Source of the DNA: Octopus sinensis
Lineage: Eukaryota
Assembly: GCF_006345805.1 (NCBI RefSeq)
Contig: NC_043015.1
Location: forward strand, 13,702,001-13,766,000
Reading direction: 5' to 3'
DNA length: 64,000 nucleotides
The notes under the pieces are model-generated. The model had not been told where the DNA came from and made no database searches. It saw only the letters and a list, made by a program, of their open reading frames with translations. A program made the translations under genes and the position numbers. Below, piece by piece: positions 1 to 13,632 of this stretch. Position 1 is the stretch's first letter; the number at the start of each line of letters is the position of its first letter.

Positions 1-1548
1 TTGATAGAATAAGCACCAGGTTAAGAAAAAAATAAGTATTGGGGTTGATTCATTCAACTAAAATTCTTCAAGGTGGTGCCCCAGCATGGCCACACTCTAA
101 TGACTAAAACAAGTAAAAGGCAAAAGATAAAAGATACTAATTTATTTTCTAAAATAACAGATACAATGGCTTGAAGACAAATCTAGGCCTTACATTCAAA
201 TTTTACTACATTTTGCCAAATTTTACTACTTTTTGCCAAATTTTACTACTTTTTGCTTTCGCTGCTGCTGCACCAATTTCCACAAGATTTACAAAAACAG
301 ATTTCTTTAATTGAAATCATTCATTTGAACTCAATAATACAACTGGCATCCATGCTAGTGGGGCGCTAAGAGCACCATCTGAGCGTGATCGTTGCCAGAG
401 CAGCTAACTGGCTTCCATGCCGGTGGCATGTAAAAAGCACCATTCGAGCGTGATCGTTACCAGCAACGCCTTACTGGCACGTGAAAAAACATTCGAGTGA
501 GGTCGTTGCCACTGGACTGTCTGCTGTGCAGGTGGCATGTAAAAAACACCATTTGAGCATGGCCATTGCCAGTACTGCCTGAGTGGTTGGCGTTAAGAAG
601 GGCATCCAACTGTAGAAACTCTCCCAGATCAGACTGGAGCTTAGTGCCGCCATCTGGTTCACCAGTTCTCAGTCAAATCGTCCAACCCATGGTAGCATGA
701 AAAGCGGACGTTAAACGATGATGATGAATACAAATCTTTTTTCCGATTTTAATATGATTATTTATATTCCTCTTATCTTTCCATTAAGTATATTTGAACC
801 AAAATAATAAAAATATAAAGAAACTATGGCACTTTATCAGTTACAACAACAAGGGTTCCAAGTGATTCAATGAACAGAACAGCCTGCTTGTGAAATTAAT
901 GTGAAAGTGGCTGAGACTCAACAGATATGTGTTTCCTTAATGTAGTTCTCAGGGAGATTCAGCATGATACAGAATACTACTTATTTTTGCCGGCTTAGCA
1001 GACTGGAGCAATGTGAAATAAGGTGTCTTGTTCAAGGGTACAATGCATTGCTGAGAAGTGAACCCACGACCTTGTGATTGGAGCTGAATACACTAACCAC
1101 TGAGCCATGCACTTTCACATAAAGAAACTATATTGCTTTACTATTCCATTTATGAATACGCATATTTTATCATAACAACCAAATTTCTGCTATAATAACT
1201 CATTCACAGTCAGCTTGACCACTTTTAATTTGGTCAAGAAATGAATTAGAAGTGTTCATGAAAGTAAATGTTGGCCTTAAGAATACTATTCACCTATTTT
1301 GTATATATATGTGTGTGTGTGTGTTTTTATATATTTTTTCTTTTATTCTTTTACTTGTTTCAGTCATTTCACTGTGGCCATGCTGGAGCATCACCATTAG
1401 TCAAACAAATCAATCCCCAGGACTTATTCTTTGTAAGCCTAGTACTTATTCTGTTGCTGAAATGCTAAGTTACGGAGACGTAAACACCAACATCAGTTGT
1501 CAAGTGATGGCGGGGGGACAAACACAGACACACAAATATATATATATC

Positions 1549-1600
<52 letters not shown>

Positions 1601-1614
1601 CGACAGGCAAGGTG

Positions 1615-1830
1615 TTGATGTAGTTTAATAATATAGTAATTGCTAATTTCCAACCTGTTGTTAATTTGGAGCCCTAGTCTGTCTATAAGGATAGCCTCCT
1701 TAATTCTTAAATTTCCTAAATTTCTTTCATTGGCCTCAGTTGTGACTGTTATGTTTTTTCGGTGCTCTGGCATTTGTCTAGATGTTTTCTGAAGGAAGAG
1801 GCTCATATGTTTAGATATTCTTTGATATAC
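1615..1830 (-). mobile_element. Possible Penelope-like element fragment (GIY-YIG C-terminal region)
   Basis: LQKTSRQMPEHRK...NLRIKEAILIDRLGLQIN resembles the 'R..EH...L.I.EA..I....P.IN' tail of PLE endonucleases; bounded by TA repeats. Confidence 0.55.
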
Positions 1831-1838
1831 ATACATAC

Positions 1839-1869
<31 letters not shown>

Positions 1870-1876
1870 ATATATA

Positions 1877-1984
<108 letters not shown>

Positions 1985-3398
1985 TTATATATATATATAT
2001 CAAATTAAGGTTATAGAACAAACAAATGCAAGGTCATCCACATAACATTTCATAACTTGAACATTTAATCATAGAATATACATTTAAACATCACGGAAGA
2101 TGGAACATAACTCATCTGTACAAGCATATAAAAAAGTGTGAGAAAAAATGTGTGAATACAGTTCATCACGGTTAAAAGTTAATACTTTAGCGATTAAGAA
2201 AAATATATTTTTTTAAAAAAACATTACAACACCTAGAAGGTAAATACGTAAGAATATAGTATAAAGTAATATATAAATATATAGGTATATAAAAATATAT
2301 AAATATATATATATATATGGGAAGCATATAAAGAATATATAATATATATAATGTAAAATAAAATAAAAATTCATTGTTTAGAAAATCTTATAGAATTACT
2401 TTTCAAGTAAGAGAGGCCTTATAGTTAAAAAAGAGGAAACCATATTTACATTCCCTATGGCCATTTCAGGAGTATATTATTGTGTTTAAAGCACTAGGGT
2501 GCATCACAATAATAACTCCTTTGTCAGGGGAAAAAAATAGAGAGACAGACATCATCGCGTACCAGGCTAACACAATATTGTGTGCTTTCTTATTGAAGAA
2601 GTCATGCTCAGACGAGCCCAAAAGAAAGAATTAAAGCAGTAAAAAAAAATTTTATAAAGCAGTAGAAAAATAAGGCAGTAAAAAAATAAAGCAGTAAAAA
2701 ATTTTTTTTAAATGGGTGTATTAGATTAAATTAAATTAAATGAATTTAAATTGAACCTCCATGGTTTCAAATCCTGTAAGAGCTAACTTATTTATTTTCT
2801 ACAACTTATTTTATTCCTATACACTTTTAAGAATGTAGAAGAAAATTTATAGATGCAAAAAATTAAATTAAATTAAATTAATTTAAATTGAAGTATGGGT
2901 TGGACAGTTCCACCGGGGTCTGGGAAGCCAGGAGGCTGCATCAGCTTCCATTCTGACCTGGCAGTGTTTCCACAGCTGGATGCCCTTCCTAACATCAACC
3001 ACTCTGTGAGTGTAGTGGGTGCTTTTTTTCATGCCACCAGCACAGGTGCCAGGCAAGGCTGGCAACGGCCACAATCAGATTGCTGCTTTTTACGTGCCAC
3101 TGGCACAGAAGCCAGTCAAGGCAGCGCTGGAATCGCTGTTGTTGTTGCTATTATGCAAAAGTGTTCTAATTCCCAAGAGCATGTTCTGCATAAAAACCAA
3201 ACAGTAATGTTGGATAACATATTTAAAGTAGTGAATCAAGAAATTTTGATTAATTAAAATCACACCCATGGAGAGGAAAGAATATCGTCAGCTTAATGAT
3301 TGATTCTGGTTAATACTGAATTTTAATTAAATTTTATTAACAAATTAATTGTAGGCAAACCAATGAGAAGTGAGCTTGACATTGACACAAGAGTGACA

Positions 3399-3441
3399 AC
3401 TTCAGACATGTTTCTGTCTTTTTAGACCTCCTCAGGAAAGT
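3399..3441 (-). ncRNA. Minimal type I hammerhead-ribozyme-like motif (partly decayed)
   Basis: Minus strand: actttc CTGAGGA g GTCT aaaa AGAC a GAAA CATG TC tgaagt. Core boxes intact, palindromic stem III, GUC triplet; innermost pairs of stems I and II mismatched. Confidence 0.5.
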
Positions 3442-4351
3442 ATACTTTATATTATTTTAATATTTTTACTTGTCCTACCAGAGAAAGATGATTATAGATT
3501 TTTGAGGGAATGACTAAACAATGGCATGAGAACTTGAAATCAGAACTGTATTTGCAATAATATACACAATTTTTTTGTAAGTCTACATGCTTGAAATTAG
3601 GGTAGTATCAACAAGTAATGCTTTCCTTTAAGGAAATATATGTAAGAGATCATCTAAGAAGGCCCAAACATGACAGAACTTATTTCTATACTGCCAAAAA
3701 ACCAGCCTTAATTTTTGATTTAAGAATTTAGAAGTTATCTCCCTTAATTCATTAAGCTAATTATTGCTTATTGCTATAGATGTAATTATAATTAATTTCA
3801 ATTAATTACAAACTTTTGTCTTTGTTCAGACGAATGCTTTTACACTAAGGATGATGTTAATCCCTCTGTCACCTACACAGAGTGAAAGATGACCCTATTT
3901 AATTTCTATAAAGCTATTTCAATAAGCATGTTGTGTATCTCAGTATTTGATATATATTTTATTCTAATCTGTATATACTGGGAATTATGTTTTCTTTTCA
4001 GATAGTATACATATATTAAGTTATATCACTCTAAAACTTGTGTATCAAGCACTTATGCTAGTTTATTGCCTTCAGCATGCATTTGTAGTGTATTTTGAAA
4101 AATAATTGTATTCACAAACACTCGATCCTGCTAATTCTAACTGATTGACACACTAAAAGCATGGGATATTTGAATTCTTTTTAGTTATATACAATATGTG
4201 TGTGAGTGTTTCTTTCTTATCTTAGATGATAGATTTTGATCTTAAATAATTTTTTGCCTTGTGCCAATGTTAAAAGGAAAGCAAAAGAATATGTGCGCCC
4301 ACACACACACACACATGCATACACTTATGTGTGTATATGTATATAAATATA

Positions 4352-4870
4352 CAGGGTTATTCAAAAAGAATGAAGCGATTTCATTATGCAATATTTTAGT
4401 AAGAAAATTCAAAAGAAAACTCCAGCTAAGTCACCCTGTCTTACAAGTGTTCAATGAGGCCACCAGCTTCAGCACAGACACCATCAATGTAATGAGAGAA
4501 TTCTTCCAAGGCGCATATCTACTTGGCCTGTGAGATCCCCAAACTTCACTGAATGTGATTTTTTGTTGTGGAGATATGTAAAAGATCATCTTTATGTTCC
4601 ACTGCTTCCCACTAACTTTAATAACCTTAAACATCGAATAGCAACAGAGATCAACTCAATGGATCATGATATGCTGATAGGCATCTGGGAGGAATTCTCT
4701 TATCACATTGATGATGCCTGTGCAGCAGGTGGTGGCCACATTGGACACTTGTAAGACAGGAAATAAAAGTTGATTGTCAGTAAATACTTTTAACTTAGCT
4801 GGAGTTTTCTATTGCTTTTTCTTATGAAAATATTGTAATAAAATCAGTTCATTCATTTTGAATAACCCTG
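4352..4870 (+). mobile_element. Internally deleted Tc1/mariner-superfamily element with long inverted ends
   Basis: TA-CAGGGTTATTCAAAA...TTTTGAATAACCCTG-TA; internal WPVRSPNFTECDFLLWRYVKD, a decayed WPPRSPDL motif. Confidence 0.88.
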
Positions 4871-5049
4871 TATATAGCTAAAGGGTATGTTATCCATACC
4901 TCAACGGTATGCTCTAGTACTTGCCACCATCTCTCTCTTGGTCTCTCTTACACTCTTGCTGTCTCCCACTCTCTCTCCCCTTTTTCTGCTCTTCTCTCAG
5001 GTCGGGTAACCATGTATCTCCTTTACAGCAGCACACCTGTTTCTGCTCA

Positions 5050-5052
<3 letters not shown>

Positions 5053-5117
<65 letters not shown>

Positions 5118-5120
5118 CTC
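5053..5120. repeat. (TC)n microsatellite
   Basis: Direct reading. Confidence 0.95.
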
Positions 5121-5633
5121 TATTGCTTTCTTTCTGTGTCTCTCTGGCTGGGTAACCATGTACCTCTCCAACAGCTAGACACCTGTTTCCATTTCTCTGT
5201 CTCACTATAACCCTTCATCAGTTGACACAAAAACCCCATTTCCAATGCCCCCTCCCCTCTCAAAGGATCTTTGTCTTGTAAGTTACTTGATGATCCTGCC
5301 AGTGTTGGTGCCACTTAAAAAGCATCTAGTCCACACTGTAAAGTGGTTGGCATTCGGAAGGGCATACAGCTGTAAAAACCATGCAAAACTGAATTTGCTT
5401 GTGTTTTGTGCCACATAAAAAGCAGTCAGTCTACTCTGCTGGATGGATAGTTTTAGGAAGGGCATCCAACTGTAAAAGCCCTGCCAAAACAGACACAGAA
5501 GTCTGATGCAGGCTCCTGCAAACCGTCCAGCCACGCCAGCACACAAGGTGAATGTTAAACAATGATGATCGTGATGATTATTGATGTATATATATAAATA
5601 TATATATATGTATATGTATACATACACACACAT

Positions 5634-7646
5634 CATCATCATCGTCATCGTCGTTTAACGTCCGTTCTCCATGCTAGCATGGGTTGGACGGTTCGACCGG
5701 GGTTCTGGGAAGCCAGAAGGCTGCACCAGGCTCCAGTCTAATTTGGCAATGTTTCTACAGCTGGATGCCCTTCCTAACGCCAACCACTCCGTGAGTGTAG
5801 TGGGTGCTTTTTACGTGCCACCTGCACAGGTGCCAGGCGGGGCTGGCAACGGCCACGGTCAGATTGGTGTATTTTATGTGCCACCGGCACGGAAGCCAGT
5901 CGAGGCGGTGCTGGCATCGGCCACGAGTCGGATATAGTGCTTTTTACGTACCACCAGACCAGGGATCCTGGCTGGTTCAATTCGATTTCGATTTCGCTTG
6001 CCCCAACATGTCTTCACAAGCAAAGGGGGTTGGCAAGGGTGCCTGTCGTACGGTCGCATTGGAGTATTTTACGTGCCACGGCCACGAGTCGGATAGTGCT
6101 TTTTACGTACCACCAGACCAGGGATCCTGGCTGGTTCAATTCGATTTCGATTTCGCTTGCCCCAACATGTCTTCACAAGCAAAGGGGGTTGGCATGGGTG
6201 CCTGTCGTACGGTCGCATTGGAGTATTTTACGTGCCACGGCCCCGAGTCGGATAGTGCTTTTTACGTACCACCAGGCCGGATCCTGGCTGGTTCAATTCG
6301 GTTTCGATTTCGATTTCGATTTCGCTTGCCCCAACATGTCTTCGCAAGCATGGGGGGTTGGGATGGGTGTCTGTCGTCGGATGAGGTTCTATATCGACTT
6401 CGCTTGCCTCAACCGGTCTTTGTGTCCAAGGGAGGAAAGGCATTCATAAGTGGGCTGGGCTCACTTGTCCTGCCTGGTCTTCTCACGTACAGAATATTCC
6501 AAAGGTCTCGGTCTCTGGTCATTTCCTCAGTGAGGCCTAAAGTTCGAAGGTCGTGCTTCACCACCTCGTCCCAGGTTTTCCTGGGTCTACCTCTTCCACG
6601 GGTTCCCTCAACTGCTAGGGATTGGCACTTTCTCACACACCTATCTTCATCCATTCTCGCCACATGACCATACCAGCGCAATCGTCTCTCTTGCACACCA
6701 CAACTGATGCTTCTTAGGTACAACATTTCTCTCAAGGTGCTAACGCTCTGTCGAGTATGTACACTGACATTACACATCCATCGGAGCATACTGGCTTCAT
6801 TCCTCACGAGCTTACGCATGTCCTCAGCAGTCACAGCCCATGTTTCGCTGCCATGTAGCATGGCTGTTCGTACACACGCATCATACAGTCTGCCTTTTAC
6901 TCTGAGCGAGAGGCCTTTAGTCACCAGCAGAGGTAAGAGCTCCCTAAACTTTGCCCAGGCTATTCTTATTCTAGCAGTTACACTTTCAGCGCACCCACCC
7001 CCACTACTGACTTGGTCACCTAGATAACTACTTCTAGTTTTTCCCCCTGGAAAGTGACGGAAGTTGTTTTCTGCAGATTTTCGGAGGTTAATGCTCCCGA
7101 GCATCTGCCACATACAAAAACTATCTTCCCAGTTAGCCTACCTTTGACATTGCTGCACCTCTTATGTGTCCATAGCTTACACTGGGTACATCTTATAGAG
7201 TTTCTACCTACACCTTTTCTACAGATCGAGCAGGGCCATCTTCCTGAAGATATTTGTGGATTGTCTACCTTTCTACTTATTAGTACTTTGGTTTTAGCTA
7301 GGTTGACTCTAAGGCCCCTTGATTCTAAACCCTCCTTCCACACCTGGAACTTCTCCTCCAGTTCTGATAGTGATTCAGCAATAAGAGCAAGGTCGTCAGC
7401 GTAGAGGAGCTCCCAGGGACAGCCTGTCTTGAATTCCTCCGTAATTGCCTGGAGTACTATGATAAATAGGAGGGGGCTGAGTACTGAACCCTGGTGGACC
7501 CCAACCTCTACTTTGAATTCTTCTGTGTACATGTTGCCAACCCTAACCTTACTTACGGCATCTCTGTACATGGCTTGCACAGTCCTCACCAGCCATTCAT
7601 CTATCCCTAGTTTCCTCATTGACCACCAGATAAGGGATCGGGGGAC
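5634..7646 (-). mobile_element. 5'-truncated RTE-clade LINE (RT C-terminal half, 3' UTR, (GAT)n tail)
   Basis: ORFs 7020..7739 and 6409..7113 contain [50 protein letters not shown] and RGRGRPRKTW. One small frameshifting deletion near 7025 (LEVV...YLGDQ). UTR ends in catcatcat at ~5631-5654. Confidence 0.93.
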
Positions 7647-7870
7647 ATATATATATATATATATATATACATTTATATGTATATATATGTGTGTGTATGT
7701 ATACATATACATATATATATATTTATATATATACATCAATAATCATCACGATCATCATTGTTTAACATTCACCTTGTGTGCTGGCGTGGCTGGACGGTTT
7801 GCAGGAGCCTGCATCAGACTTCTGTGTCTGTTTTGGCAGGGCTTTTACAGTTGGATGCCCTTCCTAAAAC

Positions 7871-7947
<77 letters not shown>

Positions 7948-7950
<3 letters not shown>

Positions 7951-8258
7951 AAAAGTAAAGAGTGAAAAAACTACAGAAGGCTTAAATGTTAAAAAATATA
8001 TATATTTGCGTCAATATGTCTGAAGAATATTAGAAAATTAAAAAAAAAATTTTTTTCTCTTATAATTTAAAAGAAATTTCTTTCTTTTAAATTATGTCAT
8101 TATAAGAGAAAAAAATTTTTTTTTAATTTTCTAATATTCTTCAGACATATTGACGCAAATATATATATTTTTTAACATTTAAGCCTTCTGCAGTTTTTTC
8201 ACTCTTTACTTTTTTCTATATATTCACCCACGTGCTTTCACAAACCAACTTTCTTATC

Positions 8259-8322
<64 letters not shown>

Positions 8323-8624
8323 AAAAGTAAAGAGTGAAAAAACTACAGAAGGCTTAAATGTTAAAAAATATATATTTGCGTCAATATGTCTGAAGAATAT
8401 TAGAAAATTAAAAAAAAATTTTTTTCTCTTTAATTTAAAAGAAATTTCTTTCTTTTAAATTATGTCATTATAAGAGAAAAAAATTTTTTTTTAATTTTCT
8501 AATATTCTTCAGACATATTGACGCAAATATATATATTTTTTAACATTTAAGCCTTCTGCAGTTTTTTCACTCTTTACTTTTTTCTATATATTCACCCACG
8601 TGCTTTCACAAACCAACTTTCTTA

Positions 8625-8626
<2 letters not shown>
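7948..8626. repeat. Two tandem ~310-bp units, each a long palindrome, separated by (TA)n
   Basis: Unit 1 7948-8258 has arms 7948-8066 and 8099-8216; unit 2 8320-8626 is nearly identical. Confidence 0.92.
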
Positions 8627-8677
<51 letters not shown>

Positions 8678-8913
8678 TCATATATATATAGTTCGTCTTT
8701 GTATTCTATTTAAAAAGCACTTGCGTTTAAATCCTCTGAATATTAGATAAGAAAGCAAGTCAGAAAGTAATTCAGTTTTTATTTGTATTACATTCTGACT
8801 CACCCTTGTATATGTTTGTGTGCATAGATTCATGGAATATTTTCTAGATATACCTGTTCAAATATCATAATAGCATGAAATTATTAGTAGTTCTTTTTGT
8901 TGAGTATTTAATT

Positions 8914-8959
<46 letters not shown>

Positions 8960-10328
8960 AACATAACAATACTGGGCTTAGTAAATTAATTTGATATCTA
9001 AAGGATCATAATAAATAATTTGATTTGGAATGGAATATTCTATCTAAATCATTTCTGTATGATAAAGGTAAATCTTTCTGTCTGCTTTGTAATGATGAAA
9101 TGTATTTCATACCGTTCTCAGAGAATCCTCTTGTAAACACATTTAAAGAACACGTTTGTCATTGCAAACATTGGCAAAAACATACCTTTATTTCCTATAA
9201 GTGATTTCTACCATTCTATAAAATTCAACCTTTAACTGTCTTCTTATATTTCACTTCCACTAAATATATCTACTTCCAAGCCTTTAAGCTTTATTCCTAT
9301 TCACCTATCGCTCTATATCTCTCTACTAATTTCTACTAATTTCTTTCTTTCTCCTCCTTCTCTTTCTATAAACTGCCTGACGTTATATCTCTCTTTACTT
9401 GTTTCAGTCATTTGACCATGGCCATGCTAGAACACCGCCTTTAGTCGAGCAAATCAACCCCAGGACTTATTCTTTGTAAGCCTAGTACTTATTCTATTGG
9501 TCTCTTTTGCCGAACTGCTAAGTTACAGGGACGTAAACACACTAGCATCAGTTGTCAAGCGATGTTGGGGGAATAAGCACAGACACAGAAACATACACAC
9601 ACACATACATACATACATATATATATACGCTGGGCTTCTTTCAGTTTCCATCTACCAAATCAACTTACGAGGCTTTGGTCAGCCCGAGGTTATAATAGAA
9701 GACACTTGCCCAAGGTGACACGCATGAGACTGAACCTAGAACCATGTGGTTGATAAGCAAGCTACTTACCACACAGCCACTCCTACACCTATATCTATTA
9801 ATATTTTTTTTTTTAAACTTGCTAGCGTTCCCTTCAACATATAAGCAGTCATCACATTCTGCTAAAATGTCTTACTGAAATGTTTGGTTTCTTTCTTTTC
9901 CTCATGAGAAGATTGCATCATTTTATTCATTCTGGAATAATACCAACGTTTTCTTTGAAACATATGTTGGAAGTAAAAAGATTTTATTAACACCTGCGTT
10001 TAACTCCATTTATTTATTTATTTATATCATATGAAAACATTTCACCAAAACCTGAATGTCTACCTTTATAAGTAGGCTGTTTCATCCTTGGTACTTGTGT
10101 GAATTGTTGCTACTCTGGTAACTATTTATTTATTTTTTCCATGTTATTTGTAAACATTGAAAAAATGCACATTTATATATATATATTCACACACACATGT
10201 ATAAACGTATACATATATTTCTCATTCTGTTCCACCATGTGATACCTAAAGCAGTTATCTTCTACAGTGCTGGGTTAACCAAAAACCTTGTGAGTAGTTT
10301 TTGTAGAGGGGGTGTGAAAGTAGCCTAT

Positions 10329-10366
<38 letters not shown>

Positions 10367-10667
10367 CGTGTGTGTGTGTGTACCTATCAAGTTTGATGAC
10401 ACTATTGTCTTCTTTGGTGAGCTGAAAGATATCTGCTCAGTCCAATTCTGAATCCACAAATTCTGCTTCATGTAGGGCAAGGAAAATCTCTTGGTTGTGT
10501 TGTTTGATTTTGGGATCCATGCCAATGTTATTGTTTTGCCAATTGTTGATGGCATCGATGATGCTCAAATACTTTGATTTCTTTCATTGCAAATGTTAGG
10601 CTAAGTCTTTCTGCCTTGGATGAGATCTCAAAGCTTTGTTTACCTGCACCAGGAGCACCCATCACCC

Positions 10668-11516
10668 CTAAAACCTGGCTTGGTTGTTTTCCAGGTTAGC
10701 AGGGGTATGAATGTTGAATGAACAGGATGGCTTGCAGGAATGCACATGTTTGCCGTATTTCCTGTGGAAAAAGCGAAACCGAGGAAATTGCCAAGTGATG
10801 CTAGGGCTCCTTGAACACTGTCTATTAAAGCGCCGGGGCTGGTTGTAGATGTGTGGTGAGTGGCTGTGACATGTCAGCCCTTCTAGTTGTGCTGAGAGTG
10901 TCTGTATCTGCATGGCCTGTTGAGTCAGGAGTGTGTGTAGCTCCAGCAGTTCGGGGGAATCCAAAGAAGTAGCAAAAGGATTGGTGAAAGATATCAGAGC
11001 CGTCGTTGAGAAGGGGTTAGCTGCCTCAGCAATTTGATATGCTATTTCAGCCAGTTCGTTGACAGAATCCGATTCTTTAGTAGATGCCAGTATCACTTGT
11101 GTGTTGGCAGGCAGATGTTTCAGGAATATTTGTTTGAATATCCCGTCTGGCAAGGTGTGATCTCCTAGCACTTGTTTCATCCGACATAATAGTTATGACA
11201 GAGTTTTGTCACCCAACTCTTTGGAAATTAAAAGCTGGTGTAGTCGCTGTTGCTCCGAGTCAGAGGTCCTTTTTATGAGTTCAGTTTTAAAAGTGTCGTA
11301 AGACACGGAACCTGGTGGGGCCATAATCAAGTCCCTGACCTCCATCATTATTTCAGGTGAAAGGGCACTGATCAAGTGCATTGATTTTACTGCATCACTT
11401 GCTATTCTATTTACAGCAAACAGAGCCTCGACATGGGTGAACCAGAGGGCCAGATCGAAAGACCAGAAGGATGGTAGCTTTATTGAAATTGCAGCCTGAG
11501 GTAGTGCTATGTCCAT
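10668..11516 (-). mobile_element. Ty3/Gypsy-type LTR retrotransposon gag remnant
   Basis: Two same-frame ORFs split by one stop: KLPSFW...LWFTHVEALF...EVRDLI...LIKRTSDSEQQRLHQLL...ELGDK, then a C-terminal FFHRKYGKHVHSCKPSC knuckle. No pol or LTR pair seen. Confidence 0.85.
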
Positions 11517-11631
11517 GGAAGAGGAGGATGCAGGAGCCTCTTACTCTGGAAAGTGCATATATTTAATAAAAAGAAGGCAGTAATTCCTTTTTGTTGGGTC
11601 AGCGGGTTCTTTTTAGACAGGATCACCAATT

Positions 11632-11693
11632 TGTATGTATGTATGTATGTATGTATGTATGTATGTATGTATGTATGTATGTATGTATGTATG

Positions 11694-11735
<42 letters not shown>
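11632..11735. repeat. (TATG)n-(TATC)n compound microsatellite
   Basis: Direct reading. Confidence 0.95.
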
Positions 11736-11737
<2 letters not shown>

Positions 11738-13632
11738 AGCCTATCTACCTACCTATATTTCTATCTATCCTTCTCCATTGTCATGGAACCTCACCCAAAA
11801 AATAAAAACAATGCTCTCTTCTAAACAAAACCCCTTCCAAAAATCTGTTTTATATAAATGAACTAGCTATTTGTACATTCACAAAATTTTATTTGACGAG
11901 TTTGAGAAATGAATGAAAGTGCTAATGATAATGAAAAAATAAAAAGATTTTTTCCAAAATTCTGACGACCTTTTTTCTCAATATTCAATTTCTGTACATC
12001 ACACCTAACACTGCATATACACACATATATACATCAGGGTTTGATTAAGACCCATAGAAGCCCTAAGCACTTAAATGATTTTGGTGCCCCCCACCCATGT
12101 ATATGTAATTTAAAGTATAAATAATAATAAACCATAAAATATATATTTGTTTTCAAAATGAATCAAAACTAACAGTAAGAGGGAAAATAATGTTTATTTT
12201 TTTGTATACTTCTACTTTATTTAAGAGGGGATGAGGCAAAATGTGTAAGTGGGGTACAATGATTAATTTCTGATTTCTTTTTTTCTTCCTTGAACATCTA
12301 AGTTTAACTTGTCAAAATATTTTCGTCGCTATAAGACGGCGACCTGTTCACTGCCAAAAATCCGAAAATATTTTGACATATTAAACTTAAATGTTGAAGT
12401 GAATCGAATGGCTTTTGTGTGTTTCTTAAATGGCTTACAAACACCTTCCACGCTGCAATTATTTTCTCCCTACCTGCTTGAAACCGTTACATTGCAAGTA
12501 ATCCATCAGCATTTTGCACTGTTGCATCAACTGATATACATGTGTATACGCACACACACACATACTTACATACATACAAGCACAGATGCATGCATATATA
12601 CATACATGTGGCTGTGTGGTAAGAAGCTTACTTCCCAACCACATGGTTCCAGGTTCATTCCCACTGCATGGCACCTTGGGCAAGTGTCTTCTACTATAGC
12701 CTTGGGCTGATCAAAACCTTACAAGTAGATTTGGTAGGTGGAAACTGAAAGAAACCCATTGTATGTATATATATATATATAAAGTTAATCTAAACAAGAA
12801 AGCACAAAAAAACACAACAACACGAGGACATGGACAAATATAGTATTATTGGACACTCAGGAAAGAAGGAAAGAAGGAGGGTTTAATGTTTCGAGCGGAG
12901 CTCTTCGTTGGAAACATATGTGTGTGTGTCTTTGTGTCTGTGTCTGTCCCCCCACCATCGCTTGACAACCAATGTTGATATGTTTATGTCCCTGTAACTG
13001 TAACTTAGCGGTTTGGCAAAAGAGACCAATAGAATAAGTACTAGGCTTACAAAAGAATAAGTCCTGAGGTTGATTTCTTTGACTAAACCCCGTTAAGACA
13101 GTGCTCCACCATGGCCATGGTCAAATGACTGAAACAAGTAAAAGAATAAAAAAATAACATAAAAGACGGAAAGAAACTGATGTGGATTCTCCAGATTCAA
13201 TTCATAAATGGCACAGTGAAGACTTGTAAGACTTTCCAAAAATTTAGATATAAAGTTGAATAGATGCACACACTTGGGTATATGCATCGACAGTTCAACC
13301 CACACTCCAACTCTACATATTTACAAACACCGGGTCTTGCCACTTAGCAACTAGCTTGGACGGACTCTCTTTAAGAACTTTATTAAAACTTAAAGAAAAT
13401 TCATACATATGTGTGTGCGTGCATACACACATCAGATACACACCCCAAATAAATGGAGTAAGGTAGAAACAAAGAGAGATTTAGAAAAAGGGAGGAGAAA
13501 AAAAACAAAGAGATTAAGAGAGAGAGAGAGAGAAAACAGAGAGAGAAAAAAATATATAGAGAGAGAGAGGTAAGGGGGCAAGTAATCGTCTGCTAACGAA
13601 CTAATTCTCGTTCTCTCTCGTCTGACGGACAT

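Noticed and set aside
5919-6400. Regularly spaced direct repeats that could suggest a CRISPR-like array
   Set aside because: Whole ~159-bp units are repeated with no unique spacers; eukaryotic LINE UTR context; no cas genes
5804-6667. 287-aa + strand ORF with internal repeats
   Set aside because: Antisense reading of the RTE LINE 3' UTR tandem repeats and ORF end
12607-12690. tRNA-like A/B-box sequences in many places
   Set aside because: Heads of SINEs continuing into repeat bodies; no complete cloverleaf, so not called as tRNA genes
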